Assembly (NCBI GenBank): GCA_903959905.1
Contig: CAJBYO010000005.1
Span: 20,674 to 84,673 of the forward strand
DNA length: 64,000 nt
Direction of reading: 5' to 3'
DNA from: an uncultured Bacteroidales bacterium
GTDB lineage: Bacteria; Bacteroidota; Bacteroidia; Bacteroidales; FEN-979
Numbering within the stretch: the first letter of the stretch is position 1; each line of letters opens with the position of its first letter. Shown piece by piece: positions 18,222 through 27,900 of the stretch. Made by a program: the position numbers and the translations under genes. The notes under the pieces are model-generated. The model searched no databases, was not told the DNA's origin, and saw only the letters and a list, made by a program, of their open reading frames with translations.

Positions 18222-19559
18222 ATGAAACTCGTTGATACTCGTAAGATCAGGCAATTTCAAGCAATGCGTGATCCGATGTCACTGCAGGCATCGATAAAGG
18301 AATCAAATCGCTGCCTGCTTTGTCATGATGCCCCCTGCAGCCAGGCTTGTCCCGCAGGTACCGATCCGGCAAAATTCATCCGGCAGATAAAATTCCTTAA
18401 CTACAAAGGAGCAGCCAGGACCATCAGGAACAACAACATCCTGGGAACTGTCTGCTCTTTCATTTGTCCCGTTGAAAAGCTATGCGAGAAGGCCTGCAGC
18501 ATAAAAGCACTGGAAGACCCCATTGACATCAGGGGTCTGCAGTGCTTTGCTGCTGAATACGGGAACAGGTTCAAACTGGAACCACAGGAAAAAAGCCTTA
18601 AAACAAAAGCGAAAATAGCCGTGATCGGCTGCGGACCGGCAGGGATGTCGTGCGCCGCGGAACTGGCAAAAATGGACTACGATGTAACCATATTTGAACG
18701 TGAAGCGAAATCAGGTGGCGTCGGGCGATGGAACATCCCAGATTTTAGGCTCCCGGGCAGCGCCATTGACCAGGATTTTCAGAACCTGCAGAACCTCGGG
18801 GTTGAAATAAAGTTCAATTCCGCCATTGATGCGGGAGATTCCATTTCGGTCTTATTGGCAGAAGGGTTTGAGGCAATTTTCATTGGCTGCGGCCTCTCTT
18901 CTCCCTTTACCCTCAAAATGTTTGAAGGATTTACCAATACCTATGATTACAACTCTTTCCTCAGGATGGTCAAAGTCAACAGGGAAAGCCTGCAGCTGCA
19001 GGATAAAAGCGTGGTGGTGATCGGTGGCGGAAGCGTGGCCATTGATTCAGCCGTTTCGGCCAAAGCCTGCGGGGCAGCGAAGGTGTACCTTGTATTCCTT
19101 GAAAGCCTGGAGGAACTGCCTGCCGACCAGGAAGAGATTGAACTGGCCCGTACGATGGGAATCCTCTTCAGGCCTGCTTCACAGGTTTCTGCTGTTATTT
19201 CAGACGGGAACAGGATTACAGGATTGACCGGCTGTGAAATTGAATGGCTGGAACCCGGGAAGTTTGTTCCCTCCAATGCCACGCAGGTTCCGGGTACGGA
19301 GTTCAGCCTGAAGGCTGATGTGGTTATCCAGGCCATTGGCACATCACCGGGGAAAGAGGTATCGCAATTATCCAAGGGTATGAAAACATCAGGCAAAGGC
19401 GTTATCCGGGTGGGCGAAACCTTTGAAACCAGTATCCCCGGACTGTTTGCCGGCGGTGATGTGGTGAATGGCGGGGCTACTGTTGTGCAGGCCGTTGGTG
19501 AAGGAAAAAAAGCCGCTGTGGCCATTGATCACTATTTAACCGGGAGGAAAGCGATATGA
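18222..19559 (+). CDS. preT: NAD-dependent dihydropyrimidine dehydrogenase subunit PreT (glutamate-synthase small-subunit-like)
   Basis: N-terminal Fe-S motif CLLCHDAPCSQACP, dinucleotide fold IAVIGCGPAGMSCAAELAK, and a second GG.VA.D fold. Confidence 0.85.
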   Translation: MKLVDTRKIRQFQAMRDPMSLQASIKESNRCLLCHDAPCSQACPAGTDPAKFIRQIKFLNYKGAARTIRNNNILGTVCSFICPVEKLCEKACSIKALEDPIDIRGLQCFAAEYGNRFKLEPQEKSLKTKAKIAVIGCGPAGMSCAAELAKMDYDVTIFEREAKSGGVGRWNIPDFRLPGSAIDQDFQNLQNLGVEIKFNSAIDAGDSISVLLAEGFEAIFIGCGLSSPFTLKMFEGFTNTYDYNSFLRMVKVNRESLQLQDKSVVVIGGGSVAIDSAVSAKACGAAKVYLVFLESLEELPADQEEIELARTMGILFRPASQVSAVISDGNRITGLTGCEIEWLEPGKFVPSNATQVPGTEFSLKADVVIQAIGTSPGKEVSQLSKGMKTSGKGVIRVGETFETSIPGLFAGGDVVNGGATVVQAVGEGKKAAVAIDHYLTGRKAI

Positions 19560-20797
19560 AAACAAAAGCCGATCTGAGCATTGATTTTTGCGGGGTAAGA
19601 TTTGAGAACCCTTTCTGCCTCTCCTCCTCACCGGTGAGCAACAGCGCTGAAATGTGCGCCAGGGCCTATGATGCAGGCTGGGGCGGCATCGTATTTAAAA
19701 CGCTGGGCGTTGAGACGAGTTTCAAGGTCGTCATGCCGTCGCCGCGGCTGAATGCCTATAATTTAGGGGATAAACGCTTCGCCGGACTGCAGAATGCTGA
19801 GCAGATCTCCGACCGCTCGGTCGCTGATAACATCGCCGATATCGCCTGGCTTAAGAAAAAACATCCTGACAAGGTGTTGATATCAAGCATCATGGGCTAT
19901 ACCGACCCCGATTGGGCGTTGCTGGCAAAAATGTCGGAAGATGCCGGCGCCGACCTGCTGGAACTCAATTTCTCCTGTCCCCAGATGGCCTATAAATTCT
20001 CGGGGTACCGCGTTGGCCAGGACTTCCATGCGGTGGAAGCCTACACCGAAGTGGTGAAAAAAGCCAGCAAACTGCCTGTTATTGCCAAGATGACGCCGAA
20101 TATAACCGACATGGTTAAGGTGGCGATGGCGGCAAAGGCCGGCGGGGCAGATGCCATCTCGGCCATCAACACCATCCGGGCGATCAGCGACATCAACATT
20201 GACACATTTATTCCACTTCCCAATATTCACGGACATTCAGCCGCAACCGGTTTTTCAGGCCCCATGGTTAAGCCCGTTGCCATGCGGTTCATCTCTGACC
20301 TGTATAATGCAAAGGAGCTGGGGCTGCCGATCAGTGGCATTGGCGGCATAGAGACCTGGGTTGATGCGCTGCATTTCCTGTTGCTTGGCGCCACCAACCT
20401 GCAGGTCACCACCGGTATCATGCGGTATGGTTACAGGATTGTGGAGGATATGATAGAAGGGCTGACCGATTACATGACCGACAGGAACATCATTTCACTG
20501 AGTGAGATCATTGGCAAAGCCTCGCAGAAATTGGTTGATCCCTCCGAATTTAACACCCGTTACCAGGTTGTCTCCGTGATTGACGACACCAAGTGCATCG
20601 GTTGCGGTCAGTGCTATATCTCCTGCCACGACGGCGCCAACCAGGCCATTGTGTTTGATTCCCTGGAAAGAAAGGCCTCCGTTGATGAAACACGGTGTGT
20701 TGGCTGCCTCCTGTGCAAACACGTGTGCCCGGTGTGGGACTGTGTGACCAGCAAGGAAGTTGATACAAGTGTGGTAAAGCATGCCGCGATCTTCTAG
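19556..20797 (+). CDS. preA: Dihydropyrimidine dehydrogenase subunit PreA (DHODH-like domain plus 2x[4Fe-4S])
   Basis: ATGA overlap with preT. GVRFENPF..SSSP, ELNFSCPQ, and C-terminal CIGCGQCYISC / CVGCLLCKHVCP. Confidence 0.9.
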   Translation: MKTKADLSIDFCGVRFENPFCLSSSPVSNSAEMCARAYDAGWGGIVFKTLGVETSFKVVMPSPRLNAYNLGDKRFAGLQNAEQISDRSVADNIADIAWLKKKHPDKVLISSIMGYTDPDWALLAKMSEDAGADLLELNFSCPQMAYKFSGYRVGQDFHAVEAYTEVVKKASKLPVIAKMTPNITDMVKVAMAAKAGGADAISAINTIRAISDINIDTFIPLPNIHGHSAATGFSGPMVKPVAMRFISDLYNAKELGLPISGIGGIETWVDALHFLLLGATNLQVTTGIMRYGYRIVEDMIEGLTDYMTDRNIISLSEIIGKASQKLVDPSEFNTRYQVVSVIDDTKCIGCGQCYISCHDGANQAIVFDSLERKASVDETRCVGCLLCKHVCPVWDCVTSKEVDTSVVKHAAIF

Positions 20798-20846
20798 CAT
20801 TTGATCTGCCTGACCAGGTATTTGCTGTTACATTGTGTGTCGGAAA

Positions 20847-21779
20847 TTATTCCTGCATGCTTGTGAATGGGATAAACCGGCTCACCCTCTTCTGATAACC
20901 CGCATATTCCGGGTACTTCCCTGCACTGATCTCCTCGCTGAAATTTGAACTTCCCTGGAAAAGCACAACCAGCAGCAGGCACCCGGCAATGCTCCAGTTG
21001 AACCATTGTCCGCTGGCAGCAACGCTGAAAAGGTAGAAGCAGACCCAGATGGACTGCTCCGCGAAGTAGTTCGGATGGCGGCTGTAAGCCCACAAGCCTT
21101 TATCCAGGAATCCCTTTTTATAATCACCGGTAAGTTCTTTCCCGGCATTGATCAATACATGCTTGGCGCTTTGAAAATTCCATTGCTGGATGTCGGCCAG
21201 CGTTTCAAAGACGATGAAAAAGAACATCAGGGCGGCAGCAGTATAATCAAAAACACCCAACGGCACAGCGTTGTACTGAAGGGCAACGACAGCGGGCAAA
21301 GTAAACAGCAAGATCAACGCATTCTGGTATGCGGAAATAAAAAACAGGTTGAAAAGGGTCCATTTCCACCGTGGATTGAATTCCGGTTTCTGTCGCAATA
21401 CCAGCCAGCGGTAATCCTCTTCACCGGTCCAGAACCGCCACTGGTAGGCCCCTTTCAGCGCGAAATTCACGGTGAGGCGCACGCCCCAGAGGGTTACCAG
21501 CATGCTCATGATGACGAGCCGTGGCGCGTAGTCGCCGTAACAGGTAACAACCCAGGAATAGACAATGGGGAGGAGGCTCCATAATTTGTCGACCTGGCTG
21601 TTGTTGTTGGTCAGTTCCCCTACGATAAAGGAGTATGCTGTAACAACGGCTGCAATGATGATCAGGGTGTTAAGCGCTTTCCATTCTGCAAGACCGAGGG
21701 CGGTGCCAAAAAAGAAAGTGAATATCGGGACGGCCAGCAGGGTGATGGCCAGCATGACGGCGGTGGTGACTATTTTCAT
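20847..21779 (-). CDS. DUF1295 membrane protein (steroid 5-alpha-reductase/ICMT-like)
   Basis: Multi-TM protein with the C-terminal YSRHPNYFAEQSIW motif. Confidence 0.8.
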   Translation of the reverse strand: MKIVTTAVMLAITLLAVPIFTFFFGTALGLAEWKALNTLIIIAAVVTAYSFIVGELTNNNSQVDKLWSLLPIVYSWVVTCYGDYAPRLVIMSMLVTLWGVRLTVNFALKGAYQWRFWTGEEDYRWLVLRQKPEFNPRWKWTLFNLFFISAYQNALILLFTLPAVVALQYNAVPLGVFDYTAAALMFFFIVFETLADIQQWNFQSAKHVLINAGKELTGDYKKGFLDKGLWAYSRHPNYFAEQSIWVCFYLFSVAASGQWFNWSIAGCLLLVVLFQGSSNFSEEISAGKYPEYAGYQKRVSRFIPFTSMQE

Positions 21780-21866
21780 GAATTCTGGAGATCGTTAAAG
21801 GATTAAAAATGAGTAATGATGTATTGACTTGTTGTTTTCCTAGTATATATCAATGATTATTAAAAT

Positions 21867-21970
21867 AAACCACGAAGGCGACAAAGGATGGCACGAAGGC
21901 GCACGAAGGAGGGTTCCAAATCAGAAAAACTTTGTGCGACTTAGTGTGTACTTTGTCGCCTTTGTGGTTT
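21867..21970. repeat. AACCAC...GTGGTT long hairpin, inverted orientation relative to 15723-15824
   Basis: The outer 20 nt (21867-21886 / 21951-21970) pair with a single G.T. Inner unit 21901-21908 pairs with 21930-21937. Confidence 0.7.
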
Positions 21971-22000
21971 AAATACCATCAGTGGTCCCAACAATCCAAA

Positions 22001-22996
22001 TTAAAAATCGGAAATGGTGAGGTGCAACTCCGGCAAGGGCTCTTTGAGCATGGATAAATTAAGGTAATCAAAGGTGGCAAGCGCGATCATCGCTGCATTG
22101 TCGGTTGACCATTTCACCGGCGGAAGGCACAATTCTATCTTCAGGTCATGGCTCAGTTTTGCCGCGGCCGATCTCAGCTGCGGACTGGCTGCAACCCCGC
22201 CCACAATGGCAAACGACTTCGCAGGATAGGTTTTGATCGCCAGCTGCGACTTTTTGACCAGGATTTCCATGACCGACTGAACGAACGAGGCGGCGACATC
22301 CTCATATACGGGGTTTTCACAATTGTCAAGATACCTGGATACCGAGGATTTCAGCCCGGAGAATGAAAACTCAAAGCCTGTTCTCAGCAACGGGCGGGGA
22401 AAAGCGATGGTTGGATGGCCGGTTGCGGCAAGTTTGTCAACCGCCGGCCCGCCGGGATATCCCAGGCCAAGCATGCGGCCCACTTTATCATACGTTTCAC
22501 CAACCGAATCATCCCGGGTAGATCCGAGGAGCGTGATGTTGGTGGTGCTTTCCATGTATGCCAGGAAAGTATGGCCGCCCGATACCAGCAGGATGATGGC
22601 CGGATATTTTACCCGTTGCTGATCCAGGTCGGCGCTTCGCAAATGTCCGCGAAGATGGTTGATTCCGATCACCGGTTTGTTCCAGCCAAGGCCCAATCCT
22701 GCGGCAGTGTTCAGCCCAACCAGCAAGGAGCTGATCAGCCCCGGCCCGCGGGTAACCCCGATCGCCAGGAGCTGTTCCGGCTTTACATCGGCACGGTGCA
22801 TGGCCTCGTGAACAGTGGGAATGATGGATGAGATATGGGCACGGGCCGCAAATTCGGGGTAAATTCCACCGAAAGCGCTGTGAATATCCAGCTGCGAGGC
22901 AACAACCGACGACAGTACCTGTCCGGCCGAGTTGACCAGCGCCACGGCTGTGTCATCACAGGATGTTTCAATGCCTAAAACGATATCGTTATTCAT
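22001..22996 (-). CDS. tsaD: tRNA N6-adenosine threonylcarbamoyltransferase TsaD
   Basis: LGIETSCDDTAVALV, GPGL..SLLVG, NHL.GH, SGGHT, DNAAMIA. ATG 22996 overlaps the tsaC stop by 8 nt; the track start 23020 is probably too long. Confidence 0.9.
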   Translation of the reverse strand: MNNDIVLGIETSCDDTAVALVNSAGQVLSSVVASQLDIHSAFGGIYPEFAARAHISSIIPTVHEAMHRADVKPEQLLAIGVTRGPGLISSLLVGLNTAAGLGLGWNKPVIGINHLRGHLRSADLDQQRVKYPAIILLVSGGHTFLAYMESTTNITLLGSTRDDSVGETYDKVGRMLGLGYPGGPAVDKLAATGHPTIAFPRPLLRTGFEFSFSGLKSSVSRYLDNCENPVYEDVAASFVQSVMEILVKKSQLAIKTYPAKSFAIVGGVAASPQLRSAAAKLSHDLKIELCLPPVKWSTDNAAMIALATFDYLNLSMLKEPLPELHLTISDF

Positions 22997-23615
22997 GTAG
23001 CAGGTTAAAAAGTGTTTCATAGGAGATCCTGCCGGTTCGTTCGATCACGGGAGGATCAGCATGACAATTGACAATCGTGGACGGGATGTTTTCAACGATA
23101 CCGCCATCCACAACCATATCAGGGGTTCCGTTTAATTCGGCAAGTATATCTGCCACATTATTCGGTGTTACCGGTGTTCCGTGCCGGTTGGCACTTGTCA
23201 CCAGCAGCGGGCCGGTCTTCCGGAGTATTTCAAGTAACGGTTCGTCGTCCGGGATCCTGATGGCGCATTCGCTTCTTCCTTTCAACCAGGGAAGCAGCGG
23301 CTCAGGCTTGAACCCTAATACAATGGTCAGGTCTCCCGGCACCAGCGAGGAGTTGAAGAGCCTCATGGCTGCGGGGTGTAAATCAACACCGAACACCTTT
23401 AAATCGTTCACGGAGGCAACCATAATCGGCAAATTAACCCTGTCGGGCCGCGATTTAAGCTCAAAGATTCTTTTCACAGCAGTTTCATGGGCAGGATTGG
23501 CAGCCAGTCCATACACAGTGTCGGTGGGAAGAAGTACAACGCCCCCGGCCAATAAACATTCAGCGATGCTGTCGGGGCTTTTTTTCAGACTGTGGTTAAA
23601 ATCGGCTTCAGTCAT
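22989..23615 (-). CDS. tsaC: L-threonylcarbamoyladenylate synthase (TsaC/YrdC-domain protein)
   Basis: LPTDTVYGLAANP, K.R....LPIMV, LVTSANRHG: a YrdC/Sua5 domain. At 208 aa there is no SUA5 C-terminal domain. Confidence 0.85.
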   Translation of the reverse strand: MTEADFNHSLKKSPDSIAECLLAGGVVLLPTDTVYGLAANPAHETAVKRIFELKSRPDRVNLPIMVASVNDLKVFGVDLHPAAMRLFNSSLVPGDLTIVLGFKPEPLLPWLKGRSECAIRIPDDEPLLEILRKTGPLLVTSANRHGTPVTPNNVADILAELNGTPDMVVDGGIVENIPSTIVNCHADPPVIERTGRISYETLFNLLHE

Positions 23616-23620
23616 GGTCG

Positions 23621-24256
23621 CTAAAGGGTTTTTTCAGTAATGGGTGTGGCATACTGCGGAAAAGAAACCGCCCTGTCAAGGAACAGGTCACTTTTTTCTG
23701 CCAGGATCCGTGCATTGCCGAACAACTTCCCGCTGTCGGTGATTTTCAGTTCCGGGAACATCTCCCTGATCTGGTCGCGGTGGTATCCAACCACCACAAT
23801 TTCATCTGTTCCCTCAGTAAACTTTGTAACAATATTTTTCAGGTTTCCGTATTCAATCCCAACCAGTTTGCCGTTGTTGAAAAAACCGATATAGGCGTTA
23901 CCCCCGATGGATTTGACCGTGGCGATCACGGGAAGTGAAAATTCCGCCCATGCATCAAGCCCGGCAAGTTCCATGGATGAAACGGGACAAACCGAAATGC
24001 CCAGACTGTAGGCGAGGCTGTTGGCGAAGGCAATACCGGTTCTCACCCTGCTTGTTCCACCCGGGCCGATATCAACAATGATATTTGAAATGTCGCGAAC
24101 CGATTTTGCTGTCACCTCCAGTCCTTTTAACATCAGTTCGGTGATATCTTTGTTCGCTGAAAACTGCAATTCGTCCGAGTTGAAAAGCAGCTTGTTGTTC
24201 TCCCCGAAAACCAAAGCAAACTGACCGGAAGAAGTTGAAATACCTAGTGTTAGCAT
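23621..24256 (-). CDS. tsaB: tRNA threonylcarbamoyladenosine biosynthesis protein TsaB
   Basis: MLTLGISTSS.., GPGGTSRVRTGIAFANSLAYSLGI (inactive Kae1/TsaD-like fold). Confidence 0.8.
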   Translation of the reverse strand: MLTLGISTSSGQFALVFGENNKLLFNSDELQFSANKDITELMLKGLEVTAKSVRDISNIIVDIGPGGTSRVRTGIAFANSLAYSLGISVCPVSSMELAGLDAWAEFSLPVIATVKSIGGNAYIGFFNNGKLVGIEYGNLKNIVTKFTEGTDEIVVVGYHRDQIREMFPELKITDSGKLFGNARILAEKSDLFLDRAVSFPQYATPITEKTL

Positions 24257-24741
24257 GAAATGAGGTTTGGGAGCTTTTGAGCGATGGAATTCATGGTTGC
24301 AATGTGTTTTTCACCGGTACACGACAGGGTGATTTCGCGTGCGTCTTTTTTATCACTGCAATAGGCCAGCGATACCGAAAAATAGTCGTCAAAAATGCCC
24401 GCGAATTTCATTCCCCATTCAATAACAGTGATTGTCTGCGGAAAAAAATCGGTTAATCCCAGGTCGTTGAATTCATCAACGCTTTCCACCCGGTAAAGAT
24501 CAATGTGTAGCAATTCCATCCCGTTGCGTGCAGAATAAAAGTTGGCAAGGCTGAAAGTAGGGCTTGTCACCGGGTCGGCAGAGCCGATGCCTTCGGCGAA
24601 TCCTTTGACAAAGTATGTTTTGCCCGTGCCAAGATCTCCGTCGAGCAGGATCAAATCCCCCAGGTTGAAACAGGAAGCAATGGTTTGTGCAATATGCTTT
24701 GTTTCATGTTCACTTTTAGAGATCGTACGAAGTTTCATCAT
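24250..24741 (-). CDS. tsaE: tRNA t6A ATPase TsaE
   Basis: Walker A GDLGTGKTYFVKG, SPTFSL, HIDLYR. Confidence 0.85.
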   Translation of the reverse strand: MMKLRTISKSEHETKHIAQTIASCFNLGDLILLDGDLGTGKTYFVKGFAEGIGSADPVTSPTFSLANFYSARNGMELLHIDLYRVESVDEFNDLGLTDFFPQTITVIEWGMKFAGIFDDYFSVSLAYCSDKKDAREITLSCTGEKHIATMNSIAQKLPNLISC

Positions 24742-24845
24742 TATCCCGGTTAAGTATGCAAATGAGGTTGACGGAATTGAGGTTGCAAATTTATTGATTT
24801 TTCTAACACCGGGTTTTCATCTCAATTAACAAGGATTTCTCGCAG

Positions 24846-24934
24846 ATTTGCGCGGTTTTATGCGCAAATTCACCCAGAGGCGCAGGGAAAAGTATTGTAT
24901 ATCAATCCTCTGCGTCTCTGCGTCTCTGCGGTTA
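24846..24934. repeat. Small palindrome plus a degenerate ACCCAGAGG...CTCTGCGGT element
   Basis: atttgcgc 24846-24853 / gcgcaaat 24862-24869. acccagaggcgcaggg 24872-24887. cctctgcgtctctgcgtctctgcggtta 24907-24934. Confidence 0.6.
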
Positions 24935-24975
24935 TCTAAGATTTTTGGCGAAAAGAAAGTAATCTTGTTTTCGCG

Positions 24976-27900
24976 TTACCTCGTTTTAACCAGTTTGGCA
25001 GTTAAAACCTTATTACCAGCCACAACCTTGATCAGATAGATCCCGGCAGGATTGTCAGATAATGAAAATTCATGTCTGAATTCTCCTGTAATTTGCGCTG
25101 AAAGAACTTTATCACCCCGCATTCCGAATATTTCCACCCTGATCATTTCCTGCTGAATGTCGCCGGGCAGCACCATGGTGAACCTGTCGTTTGTCGGATT
25201 AGGATAGATCTTTAGCGCTGTCTGATCTGCAACCATGGGTTTTTCCTCATCTCCTGTGCCTGCAGTGACCATAACGGCTGGCGGTCCGCCGCAATAGGGT
25301 CCGCCGGGTGCGATTTTGCCATCCATATATCCTCCAGGCATCACCCGTGTTCCGGGCAGATAGTCAATTTTCAGCCCGGCAATCATCGTAACGTTCCCTG
25401 TTGGCTGAACCAGGAAGGTTGTTCCGCCACCGGCAACTGTGATGATCTGTGTTGCATCAAAACAGGTGGTTTGCCCCGCCTGAATGGTGGTATTCTGGAG
25501 CGTCAGATTAACCGGCGGCCCTGAAGGAATGATGCAGGTATCCAGTGTTGTTACGGTGGCATTGACTACCTGAACCCCGGGAACACTTTTGGTGACATAA
25601 CCGGTTAAACTGAATTCCACATTATAGGTTCCGACAGGCATGTTCAGAAACTGGTATGCCCCGGATGCATTGGTGGTGGTTGTATTTGCCCCCAAAGTAA
25701 CTGTAACTCCTTCAAGGAAACCAGCGGTGATACAATCAGTAACAACGCCCTGGAGGGTGCCGGACTGCGGCACTCCGGTAAGTACAATGTCATCAATTTG
25801 CCAGGTGCCGATATCCCAGGAATAGCCATTTACGGCAAAGGCGAACTGGAATGTAGCCGAGCCGACATCAGCTGTTGAAATAGAGAGGCTAATCGTTTCA
25901 GGACCTGTTATACCAGGCTGGGAATATGACCAAACAGAAGACCAACTGATTCCTCCATCACTTGTAGTCCATATTTCACAGGATGATGTGGCGCTGTAAA
26001 CATTGATATATTGCTTAAACGTAAGGTCCAGTGAAGCCTGTCCTGTCGTATTAATTACCGGAGAAGTCAAAAAAGATCTGCCATTGTAAAAATAGGGGTT
26101 ATCAGGGACAAACATGAGTTGGGGAAATTCGCCCCCGGCATAGTTGTTCAAATCAACGATCCAGTTTGAGGGGGCACCGTAATTATGTACCTGCCAGCAC
26201 TGAGGCGTGGTTCCGATATACTGTGAAATAAAGTCCTCGGCATAGGGCAACGAAACGGAAGGACAGGGGACATAAAAGGTATACGGCCCCGACCAGCTGC
26301 TTGTGGTGCCACTTCCGCAATCGCTTTGTACATAGTAGCTGTAGGCATTACCCATCGTAAGCCCGGCCAGGTGATAGGGGTTTGAACCTGTCCCGGTGAT
26401 CATTGTTCCTGTTCCCTTCGTAAATCCGAACGGCCCCCATTCAATATTCCACATGGATGCAGTGGAGGTCCAGGTAAGGTCGGCCGAAGAAGTGGTGAGA
26501 TTGATCGCGTCCAGTCCGGTGGGACTGAGACAGTAATTATATTCGAGCTTGAGCCAGTACCGGCTCAAAGAGTCGCATACCACCTGTTCGGAATAGGATG
26601 GTGCAGCATATACAAAATATGAACCGGCCGATCCCAGCCGCGCGCCGGTAACATTATCATAGCCGGGGGCGGTGAATGCTGTGGCGTAGAAATAGTTTGT
26701 TGAACAGGGCACAGCGCGAATACCCATAACGCTTGTGAACTCAGCTTTGAATGATAAGGTAACATCAGCGGGTGCTGTCAGGGAGAAGGAGTAAAAGTCT
26801 TCATCACGGTGTGTTCTTGTCAGCCAGACAGTGCCACATTTAGTTTCACCTGATGCAATGGATTCAGAAGGAGGGGGAACTGCATCGCAACCATTGGCAT
26901 TGGTGCCGCAGGTTTCTGCTTCAGGAACAGAGCCCGCCGGGCAGTTAAAGTAATGGGTACGGAAGGTTTTCTTCACCCAGGCACTTGCATCTGTTAAACT
27001 GCATCGTGTTCTGATGTAAACGTCGTACTCAGCCCCGGCGAGCAGTCCCGACATGGTATACTGTGGTGTAGTGATGACGGTGGCGGTATTTCCCATTCCA
27101 TGGCTGAATCCGGAAAGTCCCCATTCAAGTTCCCATTCCAGTGCTGACGACATAGTTGACGGAGTCCATAAAATTTCAGCCGAAGTGGTAGCCAGTGATG
27201 AATTTGGAACCGCAAGGCCGGTTGGCGGAAAGCATGTATAAATATCAACATGTACAGGCCCTGTCCTGACTGATTCGCCATTATCATATTGCGCTGAAAC
27301 TTCATAATCGTAGCCGCCTTTAGCGAGGGTAAGGTCATCAAAGGAAAGACCGGTGATGTTGGATGCGAGGATGTTGTTGTCGCGGTAAACATTGTAACCG
27401 GTCAGGGTTGTTAAAGGGGATGATGGAGCGGGGGTAACAGGTATCCGACCCATTGTAGCAGTTGCAGGCCGGTTTATGTCGGGTGTTGGTAAAAGCGACT
27501 GATCAAACTTCATGATCCGGGGCACCGCCAGGGGGTTCATCGGCAAGGGCTGCGGAGTTGAGCTTTCAGCAATGGGGATAATCTGAAGCGGAGCCAGCAT
27601 GGGGCTCTCAGAAACGAATCCCTTCAGGGTCCAGTTAAACTCATAACCCCAGGCCTCTTTCATGGAGAACCAGCCATAACCGCTGTTGATCATGTCGCCT
27701 TTTCCTGTCACGGCAGGGCCAGGCCCCAGGCCTGCCGGATACCCGGTGGTTTGAACTATTTCGTAACCAAACCACAACTCCTGGGTTCCGTCAATGAGGA
27801 TGGGAGTTGCCAGGGTCACTTCGTTCCAGCCTGAAATGATAGGATCTATGACAGCCTGCGAAAGGAGTAGTGTTGAGGCATTGCTGCCTTTCCATACTTT

